Below are positions 46,269 to 55,333 of a DNA stretch of 64,000 bases, one piece after another. The stretch comes from Actinomycetospora sp. (lineage in GTDB: Bacteria; Actinomycetota; Actinomycetes; Mycobacteriales; Pseudonocardiaceae). The notes below the pieces were generated by a model. That model worked only from the letters and a program-made list of their open reading frames with translations, was not told the DNA's origin and did not search any database. Location of the stretch: the NCBI GenBank assembly GCA_029266415.1, contig JAQSWW010000007.1, positions 1,035-65,034 on the forward strand, read 5' to 3'. The position numbers were made by a program, and so were the translations under genes. The stretch's first letter is position 1. Every line of letters begins with the position of its first letter.

Positions 46269-47662
46269 ATCGGCAGGGTGAGCCGGAGTCGCGCTCCGGT
46301 CTGGGCGTCCACCGCCCGCAGGTCGCCCCCGTGCGCGCGGGCGAGGGCGCGGGCGATCGGCAGGCCCAACCCGGCGCCGCCGGCGTCGCGGGTGCGGGCG
46401 TCGTCGAGCCGGACGAGGCGGTCGAACACGCGCTCACGGTCCGCGGGCGGGATGCCGGGGCCCTGGTCGACGACGTCGAGCACCGCGAGCGGCCCGTCGC
46501 GCGACACCGCGATCCGCACCGTGCCGTCGGGCGGCGAGTGGCGGCGGGCGTTCTCCAGGAGGTTGGCGAGGACCTGCGCGATCCGCCCGGGGTCGGCGTC
46601 CACGGGCGTCGGCGTGCCCTCGACCTGCACGGACAGGCCGGGCGCGAGCAGCGCGACACGGTCGGCCTCGGCGGCGGCGAGCGCGGCGAGGTCGACCTCG
46701 CGGCGGTCGAGCGGGGTGCCGTCCTCGATGCGGGCGAGCTCGAGCATGTCGGCGACGAGCGCGCCCGCCCGCCGGGTCTCGCGCACCAGCGTGGTGGCCA
46801 GGCGCTCCCGGCGCTCGAGGTCGCCATCGGGGTGGCGCACGAGCGACTCGGCCAGGGTCTGCACGCCGGTGATCGGGGTGCGCAGCTCGTGCGCGGCGTC
46901 GGACAGGAAGCGCCGGGTACGGGCCTCGGAGCGCTGCGCCTCCGCGGCCGCGTCCTCGGCGCGGGCCTGCGCCGACTCGAGCTCGTCGAGCATCGCGTCG
47001 AAGGCGGCGGCGGTGCGGCCGAGCTCGGTGTCGGTGCGCTCGGGGCGCAGGCGGCGGCCCCGGTCGCCGGCGGCGATGTCGCGGGCCAGGGCGGTTATGG
47101 CGTCCAGGGGCCGCAGCGCCACCCGCACCCCGCCGAGCAGCGCGACCGCGACCACCGCCAGCCCGGCCGCGCCGACCCCGGCCATGACCGCGCGCAGCCG
47201 CGCCAGCACGGCGTCGTTCTCGTCCGGATCGGCGTCCAGCACGAGGCGCGTGCCGTCGGGGACGGCCACGATCCGGTCGAGGTCGCGCGGGCCGCCCGGC
47301 CCGCCGGGGCGACCGGGACGCCCCGGCGGGCCCCCGGGCGGACCGCCCCGCGGCCCGTCGTCCTCGGAGCCGGCGATCCGGCTGCCCGACGGGTCGAGCA
47401 GCTCCGCGCGGATGCCCTGACCGTCGACCGCCTCCACCAGCGTCGCGCCGGTCACGCCGCCGGCGACGAGCAGGCCCGCGCGGGCGGCCCGGTCGTCGAG
47501 GCGGCTCTGCTGGTCGCGGCGGAGCTGGGCGTCGAGGGTCAGGTCGACGGCGACCCCGATGACGACCAGGGCCAGCGCGACGACGAGGAGCACGAGGGCG
47601 GTCACGCGGAAGCGCAGCGACTGCGCCGCCGTCCAGCGCCGCGCAACGCCCGCCGCCGTCAC
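46250..47662 (-). CDS. HAMP-domain sensor histidine kinase
   Basis: DAAHELRTP, NLLENA, DQGPGI, GAGLGL. Confidence 0.92.
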   Translation of the reverse strand: MTAAGVARRWTAAQSLRFRVTALVLLVVALALVVIGVAVDLTLDAQLRRDQQSRLDDRAARAGLLVAGGVTGATLVEAVDGQGIRAELLDPSGSRIAGSEDDGPRGGPPGGPPGRPGRPGGPGGPRDLDRIVAVPDGTRLVLDADPDENDAVLARLRAVMAGVGAAGLAVVAVALLGGVRVALRPLDAITALARDIAAGDRGRRLRPERTDTELGRTAAAFDAMLDELESAQARAEDAAAEAQRSEARTRRFLSDAAHELRTPITGVQTLAESLVRHPDGDLERRERLATTLVRETRRAGALVADMLELARIEDGTPLDRREVDLAALAAAEADRVALLAPGLSVQVEGTPTPVDADPGRIAQVLANLLENARRHSPPDGTVRIAVSRDGPLAVLDVVDQGPGIPPADRERVFDRLVRLDDARTRDAGGAGLGLPIARALARAHGGDLRAVDAQTGARLRLTLPIYRPAS

Positions 47663-48357
47663 GCCCCCTCCCCCGGCGCGGGCCGCAGCGCGTAGCCCAG
47701 GCCGCGCACCGTGTGCACGATCCGCGGCCCGTGCGCCTCGAGCTTGCGGCGCAGCGCGCTGACGTGGACCTCGACCAGGTTCGGGTCGTAGGCGTCGTAG
47801 CCCCAGACCTGCGTGAGGATCTGGTTCTTCGTGACCGTGCGGCCCCGCTGCTCGACGAGGTAGCGCAGCAGACGCAGCTCGGTGGCCGTGAGGTCGAGGA
47901 CCGTGCCCGCCCGCGTGGCCGTCCCCGCCTCGTCGTCGACGACGAGGTCGCCGACGGTCATCGCCGTCGGCACCCGCCCGCGGCGGCGCAGGACCGCGCG
48001 CACCCGGGAGACGAGCTCGGCGAGCAGGAACGGCTTGACGACGTAGTCGTCGGCGCCGGTGTCCAGCCCGCGCAGCCGGTCGTCGAGGCCGTCGCGGGCG
48101 GTGAGCATGACGAGGCCGGCGTCGCTGCGCCCGCGCACCACCGAGAGCAGCCGGAAGCCGTCGCGCCCGGGCAGCATGACGTCGAGGACGACGAGGTCGG
48201 GGCGGAAGCCGTCGAGCAGCTCCTCGAGCCCCTCGCCGTCGCCGCGCCCGAGCGCGCGGAAGCCCGCGTCGTCGAGCGCCTCGACCACCGACTCGCGGAT
48301 CGCCGCCTCGTCCTCGACGACGAGCACGCGCGCCGCTGTTCCCCAGGTCCCGCCCAC
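47659..48357 (-). CDS. OmpR-family response regulator
   Basis: [31 protein letters not shown]. Confidence 0.92.
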   Translation of the reverse strand: MGGTWGTAARVLVVEDEAAIRESVVEALDDAGFRALGRGDGEGLEELLDGFRPDLVVLDVMLPGRDGFRLLSVVRGRSDAGLVMLTARDGLDDRLRGLDTGADDYVVKPFLLAELVSRVRAVLRRRGRVPTAMTVGDLVVDDEAGTATRAGTVLDLTATELRLLRYLVEQRGRTVTKNQILTQVWGYDAYDPNLVEVHVSALRRKLEAHGPRIVHTVRGLGYALRPAPGEGA

Positions 48358-48379
48358 GCGACGATCCTGGCCCCCCGCT

Positions 48380-48435
48380 GCTGAGCGGGAGCTGAAGACC
48401 CGCGGCGCGCGGGGGTGCTTCAGGTCGGGTTCAGC
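48380..48435. promoter_or_regulatory. Two oppositely oriented 11-bp-period direct-repeat pairs (OmpR-type boxes)
   Basis: GCTGAG 48380 / GCTGAA 48391; TTCAGG 48419 / TTCAGC 48430. Confidence 0.5.
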
Positions 48436-48457
48436 CGCGCTGCCCACCGTCAAGGGC

Positions 48458-49078
48458 ATGAGCGAGACACCGCAGTCCGGCACCCCCGACGACCCGACCG
48501 GTCCGACCGACACCCGCGACACCGCGGCGGCGCCCTCGGGCCCCCCGACCCGGTGGCAGCGCAGCCGCGCCCGTTCCCGGCCGTCGAGCTGGACCCGCCG
48601 CACGGCCGTGGTGGTGTCCGGCGTGGTCGGGCTCCTCGTCGGCGCCCTGCTGTCCGGGATCGTGCTGGCCACGGCCGTCGGCGGCCCGCAGGGCGACGGT
48701 CCCCGCGACCGGGGGCCGGGCGTGAGCGCGGACGGCCGCGGTCCGGGTGGGCCCGGTGGTCCGGGCGGCCCCGGCGGACGGGACGGCGACGGCCGCGGCG
48801 GGCCGCGCGGGGAGCGTGGCCACGGCACCGCGGGCGCCGGGGGTCCGGTGGTCGTCCAGGTGCAGCCGGGCGCGACCGTGCAGGTGGCGCCGGGCGCGAC
48901 CGTGCAGGCGGTCCCGGGCCAGCCCGCCCAGCCGGCGCCCGCCCAGCCGGCGCCCGCCCAGCCGACCCAGCCGACCCAGCCGACCCAGCCGACCCAGCCG
49001 ACCCAGCCGACCCAGCCGACCCAGCCGGCCCAGCCCGCACCGACCCAGCCCGGCCAACCGGCCCCCCTGCCGGGCTGA
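48458..49078 (+). CDS. Single-pass membrane protein with Gly/Pro-rich and QPT-repeat tail
   Basis: TM segment AVVVSGVVGLLVGALLSGIVLA; divergent from the two-component system. Confidence 0.65.
   Translation: MSETPQSGTPDDPTGPTDTRDTAAAPSGPPTRWQRSRARSRPSSWTRRTAVVVSGVVGLLVGALLSGIVLATAVGGPQGDGPRDRGPGVSADGRGPGGPGGPGGPGGRDGDGRGGPRGERGHGTAGAGGPVVVQVQPGATVQVAPGATVQAVPGQPAQPAPAQPAPAQPTQPTQPTQPTQPTQPTQPTQPAQPAPTQPGQPAPLPG
48959..49021. repeat. 9-bp perfect tandem repeat x7 (cagccgacc, QPT)
   Basis: Directly visible in the sequence. Confidence 0.9.
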
Positions 49079-49357
49079 GCCTCCACGGCGGGGTGGCCCC
49101 GTGGCACCGGTCACAGCCGAGGTCGTGATCGCTGTCCTCCGCCACCTCGCCGTGTGAGGATCGGGGCGTGTCCGATGCGGGGGTGGTCCTGGTGCGCCGT
49201 GCGCACGTCGACCTCCTCCGGGTCACGTCGGCCGGGTGTCGCCTCCCCCGCCGCTGACCGTCCCCTCTCGTCCGGTCGCGGGTCCACCCCTCGGCCGGGC
49301 ATCGTTGTGCCCTGATCGCGGGCGCGCGGGCCCGTCCCCCTCCACCGAGGAACCCCC

Positions 49358-50257
49358 GTGCGCGCTTTCCTGCTCTTCGCCCTGGCGGGCCTGATCGCCC
49401 AGCTCGTCGACGGCTCGCTGGGCATGGCCTACGGCGTCACGTCGACGTCGGTCCTGCTGGCCGCCGGCACGGCCCCCGCCATCGCGTCCGCCTCCGTCCA
49501 CCTCGCCGAGGTCGGCACCACCCTCGTGTCGGGGGCGGCGCACTGGCGCTTCGGCAACGTCGACTGGCGGGTGGTCGGCATCCTGGCCGTGCCCGGCGCG
49601 ATCGGCGCCGTCGTGGGCGCCTACGTCCTGGTCAACCTGACGGAGGACGCCGAGCCCTACATGGCCGGCATCCTGCTCCTGCTCGGGGTCTACGTGCTGC
49701 TGCGCTTCAGCTCGCGGGCGATCGCGAAGCGTGTCGTGTCCGGCCCACGGCCGGGCGGCAGGTTCCTCGGCCCCCTCGGGCTGATCGCGGGCTTCCTCGA
49801 CGCCTCCGGCGGCGGCGGCTGGGGCCCGGTGGCCACCTCGAGCCTGCTCGCCTCGGGGCGGCTGGAGCCCCGCAAGGTCGTGGGCTCGGTGGACACCTCG
49901 GAGTTCGTCGTCGCCCTCGCGGCCAGCATCGGCTTTCTGCTCTCGCTCGCGCAGCAGGACATCGACTACACGGTCGTCCTGGCCCTGATGCTCGGCGGCG
50001 TGATCGCGGCGCCGTTCGCGGCCTACCTCGTGCGCCTGCTCCCGGCCCGGGTGCTGGGCACCGGGGCCGGCGGCCTCATCGTCGTGACCAACGCCCGGAC
50101 GCTGCTCAACGGTTTCGACGTGCCCTCGGGCATCGTCACCACGGTGCTGATCGTGCTGGCCGTGCTGTGGGTCGGGGCGATCGTCCTGGCCGTGCGCAGC
50201 GCGCGCCGCGAGCGCGCGCTCGCCGAACTGGCGGCCGTCGGCGCTGCGCGCTCGTGA
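49358..50257 (+). CDS. TauE/SafE-family sulfite exporter
   Basis: AQLVDGSLGMAYGVTS, DASGGGGWGP, GSVDTSEF. Confidence 0.85.
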   Translation: MRAFLLFALAGLIAQLVDGSLGMAYGVTSTSVLLAAGTAPAIASASVHLAEVGTTLVSGAAHWRFGNVDWRVVGILAVPGAIGAVVGAYVLVNLTEDAEPYMAGILLLLGVYVLLRFSSRAIAKRVVSGPRPGGRFLGPLGLIAGFLDASGGGGWGPVATSSLLASGRLEPRKVVGSVDTSEFVVALAASIGFLLSLAQQDIDYTVVLALMLGGVIAAPFAAYLVRLLPARVLGTGAGGLIVVTNARTLLNGFDVPSGIVTTVLIVLAVLWVGAIVLAVRSARRERALAELAAVGAARS

Positions 50258-50293
50258 GCGATCGTCCGTGCCCGGGCACGGACAGGCGCGCAC
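50254..50293. repeat. REP-like palindrome (copy 2)
   Basis: tcgtccgtgcccgggcacggaca core nearly identical to the 15721-15760 element. Confidence 0.5.
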
Positions 50294-50317
50294 ACGACCG
50301 GAGGTCAGACTGAGTCC

Positions 50318-51046
50318 GTGCGCGCGCTGTTCGACCTCCCCGCCGCCTACCGTCCCTCCGACGCCGACCGCGCCTCGCCGGTGCCGCCGATCGACGCCGT
50401 GCTCTGCGACTTCAGCAACACGCTGTTCCGCATGATCGCTACCGACGAGTGGCTGCGGCGGGTCGCCGCGGACACCGGGCGGACGCTCGACGGCCCCGCC
50501 GCCGTGCTCGCCGCCCTCGACGACGCGGCGGCGGAGCCCGAGGTCGTCGCGGCCCAGGTGGGGCGCGACCTCGACGCCGACGCCCATCGGTGGGCGATGC
50601 TCACGTGGTTCGCCCGCGTGCCGTTCCTCGCGGGCATCGAGGAGGCGGCGCGGGAGCGGGTCGTCGCCGAGGACTCGTGGGTGCCCTACGGCGACACCCG
50701 CACGTTCCTGCAGGCCCTCGCCGACCGGGGCGTGCCGGTCGGCGTGGTCAGCGACATCGGCTGGGACATCCGCGGCCACGCCCGCGCCGCGGGGCTGCTC
50801 GACCTCGTGGGCACCTGGGTGCTCTCGTGCGAGGAGGGCCGCGAGAAGCCGGCGCCGGAGCTGTTCCGGGCCGCGTGCGAGCGCCTCGGCGCCGACCCGC
50901 GGCGCACGCTCATGGTGGGCGACAACCCGGTGCGCGACGGCGGTGCCGCGGCCGCCGGCCTGCGCGCGTTCGTGCTGGCCGGCGAGCAGCGGGAGCGCGA
51001 GCGCGGGCTGGGTGACGTGCTGGCGCTGGTCAGCGCACGCGCGTGA
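50318..51046 (+). CDS. HAD-family hydrolase
   Basis: LCDFSNTL motif I, VSD, EKP, MVGDN..RDGGA. Confidence 0.82.
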   Translation: MRALFDLPAAYRPSDADRASPVPPIDAVLCDFSNTLFRMIATDEWLRRVAADTGRTLDGPAAVLAALDDAAAEPEVVAAQVGRDLDADAHRWAMLTWFARVPFLAGIEEAARERVVAEDSWVPYGDTRTFLQALADRGVPVGVVSDIGWDIRGHARAAGLLDLVGTWVLSCEEGREKPAPELFRAACERLGADPRRTLMVGDNPVRDGGAAAAGLRAFVLAGEQRERERGLGDVLALVSARA

Positions 51047-51332
51047 CCCCGGGCGCGATCAGCTCGCGTCGGGGTGGCCGCGCCCGGGTGGCGCGCCGGA
51101 CCCAGCCGCCGACCACCTGCGCCACCGACCAGCCCTCGGCCGCCACGAGCCCCGCGATCGCGGCGTCGCTCGCCCCGAGCGCGACCTCGGCGTCGTCGAG
51201 GACGTCGACGAGCCAGCGCTCGCAGCGGCGCACCACCTCGTCGCCCGGGACGCCCGGCGCCGCGAGCGCACGCCCCAGGTCGAGCGGCTCGGATTCGAAG
51301 GGGCCCGCCGGGATTCCGTCGTGGTGCACCAT
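51030..51332 (-). CDS. Hypothetical protein
   Basis: RBS GGGAGG before ATG; VALGASDAAI...WS..QVVGGWVRRA. Confidence 0.4.
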   Translation of the reverse strand: MVHHDGIPAGPFESEPLDLGRALAAPGVPGDEVVRRCERWLVDVLDDAEVALGASDAAIAGLVAAEGWSVAQVVGGWVRRATRARPPRRELIAPGVTRVR

Positions 51333-51400
51333 CACGCCTCCCGTGATCATGGACGCGAGCGACGCTACCCGGGTCCACCGACACCGCGGCCCGGCGACGA

Positions 51401-51583
51401 TCAGTCCTCGTCGGCCATGCCGATCTGCCGGCGCAGCTTGGGCACGTTCCACCGGTACTGCCCCGACGGCAGCGTGATCTCGGGTGTGACCTGGCCGTTG
51501 GTGACGTAGCGCTGCAGCGTCCGGGCGCTGATGCCGAGTGCCCGGGCGGCCTCGGGCGTCGACACGAGCTCCGACGGCGGCAT
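51401..51583 (-). CDS. Small MerR/BldC/excisionase-like HTH protein (60 aa)
   Basis: LVSTPEAARALGISARTLQRY...TLPSGQYRW. Confidence 0.78.
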   Translation of the reverse strand: MPPSELVSTPEAARALGISARTLQRYVTNGQVTPEITLPSGQYRWNVPKLRRQIGMADED

Positions 51584-51597
51584 GCCGGCCACCCTAC

Positions 51598-51719
51598 TGT
51601 CGCCGGTGTCGTCCGATCGACCGGTACGACGCGGTGGACGCACCTGTCGCCGATGACGTGATCGTCGTCGATGTCGCCCTCGTCGCCTATCTTCCGCGAC
51701 ATGGACGACATCGGCGACA
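51598..51719. promoter_or_regulatory. 9-bp-period TGTCG repeat array beside the BldC-like gene
   Basis: tgtcgccgg/tgtcgtccg; tgtcgccga/tgacgtgat/cgtcgtcga/tgtcgccct/cgtcgccta; then inverted cgaca x3. Confidence 0.5.
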
Positions 51720-51970
51720 CCCGACCGGCGCCACGGCGCTACCGCCTCGACGCGCGGCGCTTCCGCGGGCCCCTGCACGCCCCGGCGCGCAACGACCACG
51801 AGCAGCACGAGTCCGACGACCTGGCGGCGCTGGTCGAGCTCGCGCGCAGCCTGGTCGCCGAGGGGTTCACCGCCTGGATCTACGAGAGGAGCCGCAGCCC
51901 GGTGCCCTGGCCGGAGGCGTGGGACCTGCGCCTGGTCACCCAGCTCGATCCGGACCGAGCGCGAGACTGA
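51701..51970 (+). CDS. Hypothetical protein
   Basis: Divergent from the HTH gene; LVELARSLVAEGFTAWIY. Confidence 0.5.
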   Translation: MDDIGDTRPAPRRYRLDARRFRGPLHAPARNDHEQHESDDLAALVELARSLVAEGFTAWIYERSRSPVPWPEAWDLRLVTQLDPDRARD

Positions 51971-53228
51971 CGCGCAGCCCGCCGCCCGGGGCCTCCTCCA
52001 GCCGTACGCCGCCGCCGTGCCGCGCGGCCTGCTGCGCCACCAGCGCCAGGCCCAGCCCCGAGCCCGGCCCGCCGGCGGTGCTCCCGCGCACGAACCGCCC
52101 GAGCACCGCCTCCCGCTCGCCGGCCGGCAGCCCCGCGCCGTCGTCGTCGACGGTGAGCACGACGCCACCGTCGGCCCCCCGGTGCGCGCCCAGCACCACG
52201 GAGCCCGCCCGCCCGTGGCGCACGGCGTTGACCACGGCGTTCGCCAGCGCCATCCGCAGCCCCTCGAGCGCCGCCCGCACCGACTCCGGCACGTCCGCGC
52301 CCGGCTCCTCGACGACCACGGCGAGCTCCGGGTGGGCGCGCCGGGCGTCCTCCGCGGCGAGCCGCAGCAGATCCGCCACCCCGACGGGCTCGCCGCCTCC
52401 CGCGTCGGGCAGGTCGCCGGCCGCCAGCTGCCCGAGGGCGGTGAGCGTCGCCTCGACGCGACCCTGCGCGCGCAGGACGTCGTCGAGGACGGCGTCGCGC
52501 TCGGGCAGGTCAGGATGGGCGCGCAGCACCTCGAGGTCGGTGCGCATCGCGGTCAGCGGGGTGCGCAGCTCGTGGCGGGCGGCCGCGGCGAAGTCCCGCG
52601 CGGCGTGCAGCGAGGCCGTGCTGCGCTCCTGCTCGGCGTGCAGCCGGGCGAGCATGGCCGACAGCGCGTCGGCCAGCTCCTCGGACTCCCGCGAGCCGTC
52701 GGCGCGCACCGCCGAGGTGGTGTCGTCGAGCGTGGCGGCCTGCTCCGTGAGCCGGCGCATCGGGCGCACCGCGCGCCCCGCGAGCAGCCACCCCAGCCCC
52801 GCCGCGAGCGCGACGGCCGCGACGCCGACGCCGGCCACGAGCCGCTGGCGCTCGGCGACCCGGGCACGGGTGTCGTCCTCGGTGGCGCCGACGGTCACCA
52901 GCGAGCCCGGCGTGGGGCCCGGCGCCGTGCGGATGCGGTAGTCGACGCCGTCGACGGTCACCGAGGTCGGGATGCCGACCGGCGAGAGCGGCAGCTCGGG
53001 CCCGCTGACCCGGCGGACCGTGCCGGTGGGCCCGCGCAGGGTCACCGCGAGGTCGGCGCGGGTCGAGGCGAACGAGCCGAGCACCGCGGGCGAGCCGGGC
53101 ACGAGGCTGCGGTCGAGGCGCTCGGTCTGCTCGCGGGCCAGCAGCACCGACGCGAGCACCCCGGCGAGGACCACGACCACCGTCGCCGACAGTGCCGACG
53201 CCACGGCGACCCGCAGGCGCAGGGACAT
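51936..53228 (-). CDS. HAMP sensor histidine kinase (PrrB/MprB-like)
   Basis: RHELRTPLT, NAVVNAVRHG, DDGAGL, GSGLGL. Confidence 0.88.
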   Translation of the reverse strand: MSLRLRVAVASALSATVVVVLAGVLASVLLAREQTERLDRSLVPGSPAVLGSFASTRADLAVTLRGPTGTVRRVSGPELPLSPVGIPTSVTVDGVDYRIRTAPGPTPGSLVTVGATEDDTRARVAERQRLVAGVGVAAVALAAGLGWLLAGRAVRPMRRLTEQAATLDDTTSAVRADGSRESEELADALSAMLARLHAEQERSTASLHAARDFAAAARHELRTPLTAMRTDLEVLRAHPDLPERDAVLDDVLRAQGRVEATLTALGQLAAGDLPDAGGGEPVGVADLLRLAAEDARRAHPELAVVVEEPGADVPESVRAALEGLRMALANAVVNAVRHGRAGSVVLGAHRGADGGVVLTVDDDGAGLPAGEREAVLGRFVRGSTAGGPGSGLGLALVAQQAARHGGGVRLEEAPGGGLRVSLALGPDRAG

Positions 53229-53290
53229 CGAGCGAGCAGGGGAGCACGCCGATAGGGGAACGGCACCCGTCGAGTCCGAGGGCGAGCGCC

Positions 53291-54001
53291 TCACCCGCCC
53301 TCCCGCAGCACGAACCCGACGCCGCGCACCGTGTGCACCAGCCGGGGCGTGCCGTCGGCCTCGAGCTTGCGGCGCACGTAGCCCACGAACACGTCGACGA
53401 CGTTGGTGTCGGTGGCGAAGTCGTAGCCCCACACCAGCTCGAGCAGGCGCTCGCGGGTGAGCACCACGTCGGCGTTGCGGGCGAGGACGACGAGCAGCTC
53501 GTACTCCCGCTTGGTCAGATCCACGGCGCGCTCGCCGACGTGCACGGTGCGCCGGGCGAGGTCGACGCGCAGCGGGCCGACGGCCAGGACCTCGCCGAGC
53601 TCGGGCGTCGTCGCCGGCGCGGCCCTGGCTCCGCGGCGCAGCAGGGCCCTGAGCCGCGCGACGAGCTCGGCGAGCGCGAACGGCTTGACCACGTAGTCGT
53701 CGGCGCCCGCCTCGAGACCGACGACGCGGTCGTCCACGGTGTCGCGGGCCGAGAGGACGCACACCGGGACGTCGTGGTCCATCGCGCGCAGCGCCGACAC
53801 GACCGCGACCCCGTCCATGCCCGGCAGCCCGAGGTCGAGGACGACGGCGTCGGGCACCCGCTCGTGCACCGCGCGCAGCGCGCCGGGCCCGTCCTGCGCC
53901 GACCGCACGGCGAACCCCGACAGCCGCAGACCCCGTTCCAGCGACGCCCGCACGTCGGCGTCGTCCTCGACGACCAGCAGGTCGGCCGTGGGCTCGCTCA
54001 T
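53291..54001 (-). CDS. OmpR-family response regulator (PrrA/MprA-like)
   Basis: [47 protein letters not shown]. Confidence 0.92.
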   Translation of the reverse strand: MSEPTADLLVVEDDADVRASLERGLRLSGFAVRSAQDGPGALRAVHERVPDAVVLDLGLPGMDGVAVVSALRAMDHDVPVCVLSARDTVDDRVVGLEAGADDYVVKPFALAELVARLRALLRRGARAAPATTPELGEVLAVGPLRVDLARRTVHVGERAVDLTKREYELLVVLARNADVVLTRERLLELVWGYDFATDTNVVDVFVGYVRRKLEADGTPRLVHTVRGVGFVLREGG

Positions 54002-54040
54002 GGGCGCGGATGGTGCCAGGAGCTGCGGCGGGGGACGTGC

Positions 54041-54400
54041 TCAGCGGTCGGCACAGGGCCGGGCGGCGCGCTCGACGCGGCTGCGGACCTCGGCGAGCTG
54101 TGCGGCGAGCGCCGGGTCCGGCGCGGCACCGGCCTCGCCCGGCGGCAGGGCGTCGAGCCGCTCGATCTCCTGGCGGGCCTCCGGCGTGATCGACATCGGA
54201 GCCGCGCCGCCACCACCCGGGCGCAGCCGCGCGGTGCAGGGCGCCGCCCCGTCGCCCGACGGCGCGGCCGGGCCGGTGGCCGCGACGGGGGCGGGCGCGG
54301 CCTGCGGCGCCGGGGCGGGGGCGCCGGCGCACCCGCCGAGGACGAGCAGGCCGGCCACGACCGGTCCGGCGACGAGCACCGGCAGACGGCGGAAGTGCAC
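54041..54400 (-). CDS. Putative lipoprotein
   Basis: Basic N-terminus, hydrophobic stretch and LGGC lipobox; RBS AGGAG. Confidence 0.6.
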   Translation of the reverse strand: MHFRRLPVLVAGPVVAGLLVLGGCAGAPAPAPQAAPAPVAATGPAAPSGDGAAPCTARLRPGGGGAAPMSITPEARQEIERLDALPPGEAGAAPDPALAAQLAEVRSRVERAARPCADR

Positions 54401-54474
54401 GATCGATCTCCTCGCGTCGCGGGCGGCCGATCTCCGGCGACCGCCTCTCGGGAGATCACTCTGGCGATCGGGCG

Positions 54475-54512
54475 TGACGCAGCTCTGTGGCGTCCGTGAG
54501 GGAATCATGAGG
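54475..54512. promoter_or_regulatory. Four 11-bp-period repeats (OmpR-type box array)
   Basis: tgacg 54475, tgtgg 54486, tgagg 54497, tgagg 54508. Confidence 0.45.
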
Positions 54513-54517
54513 TCGTC

Positions 54518-55312
54518 ATGGACACCGAGGACCGCTACGCCGCCGCGGCGCCGGGGTGGGCGACGGGCGCGTCGCGGGTCTACGGCCCGCTGGCCGCGCA
54601 GCTCGTCGCCGCCGCGCCGCACCCGCTGACCGGACGCCGGGTGCTGGACGTCGGCGCGGGCACGGGTCTGGCGTCGGGCGCGCGGCGGGCCGCCGGCGCG
54701 CACCCCGTCGCGGTCGACCGCTCCCCCGCCATGCTCGCCCTGGACGCCGCGGCGCGCCCGCCCGCGGTCGCCGGCGCCCTCGAGGCGCTGCCGGTGCGCG
54801 ACGACGCGGTCGACGACGCCGTCGCGGCGCTCGTGCTCAACCGCGTCGACGACCGCACGGCCGCCCTCGCCGAGCTCGCCCGCGTCGTCCGGCCGGGCGG
54901 TGCCGTGCTGGCCACCGTGGCCGCCGCGACGACGGCGCACCGCGCGGTGTGCGACCGCATCGACGCCGTCGTCGCCGACGCGGGCTTCGTCCCGCCGCCC
55001 TGGTACGCGCACCTGACGACGGTCCAGGCGCCGCAGCTCGGCGACGTCCCCGCGATGACGGCCGCGGCCCGCGCCGCCGGGCTGGTGACCGTCGCGGTCA
55101 CCGAGCACGCCGCCGACGTCGGGGTCGAGCGCGCCGAGGACCTCGTCGCCTACCGCCTCGGCCAGGCGCACACCGCGACGTGGCTTGCGGGGCTCGCCGA
55201 CGGCGAGCGGGCGGCACTGCGCCGGGCGGCGGTCGCCGCCGTCGCCCCGGTGATGGAGCCCTACCGACCGCCGGTGATCACGCTGGTCGCCCGCACGCCC
55301 GGTGCCCGGTGA
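54518..55312 (+). CDS. Class I SAM-dependent methyltransferase
   Basis: VLDVGAGTG, ELARVVRPGG. Confidence 0.82.
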   Translation: MDTEDRYAAAAPGWATGASRVYGPLAAQLVAAAPHPLTGRRVLDVGAGTGLASGARRAAGAHPVAVDRSPAMLALDAAARPPAVAGALEALPVRDDAVDDAVAALVLNRVDDRTAALAELARVVRPGGAVLATVAAATTAHRAVCDRIDAVVADAGFVPPPWYAHLTTVQAPQLGDVPAMTAAARAAGLVTVAVTEHAADVGVERAEDLVAYRLGQAHTATWLAGLADGERAALRRAAVAAVAPVMEPYRPPVITLVARTPGAR

Positions 55313-55333
55313 CGAGTCCGACCCCGGCGGTCG

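Noticed and set aside
51401-51583. Prophage or ICE excisionase marking a mobile element
   Set aside because: No integrase, att-like repeats, tRNA or visible composition shift nearby
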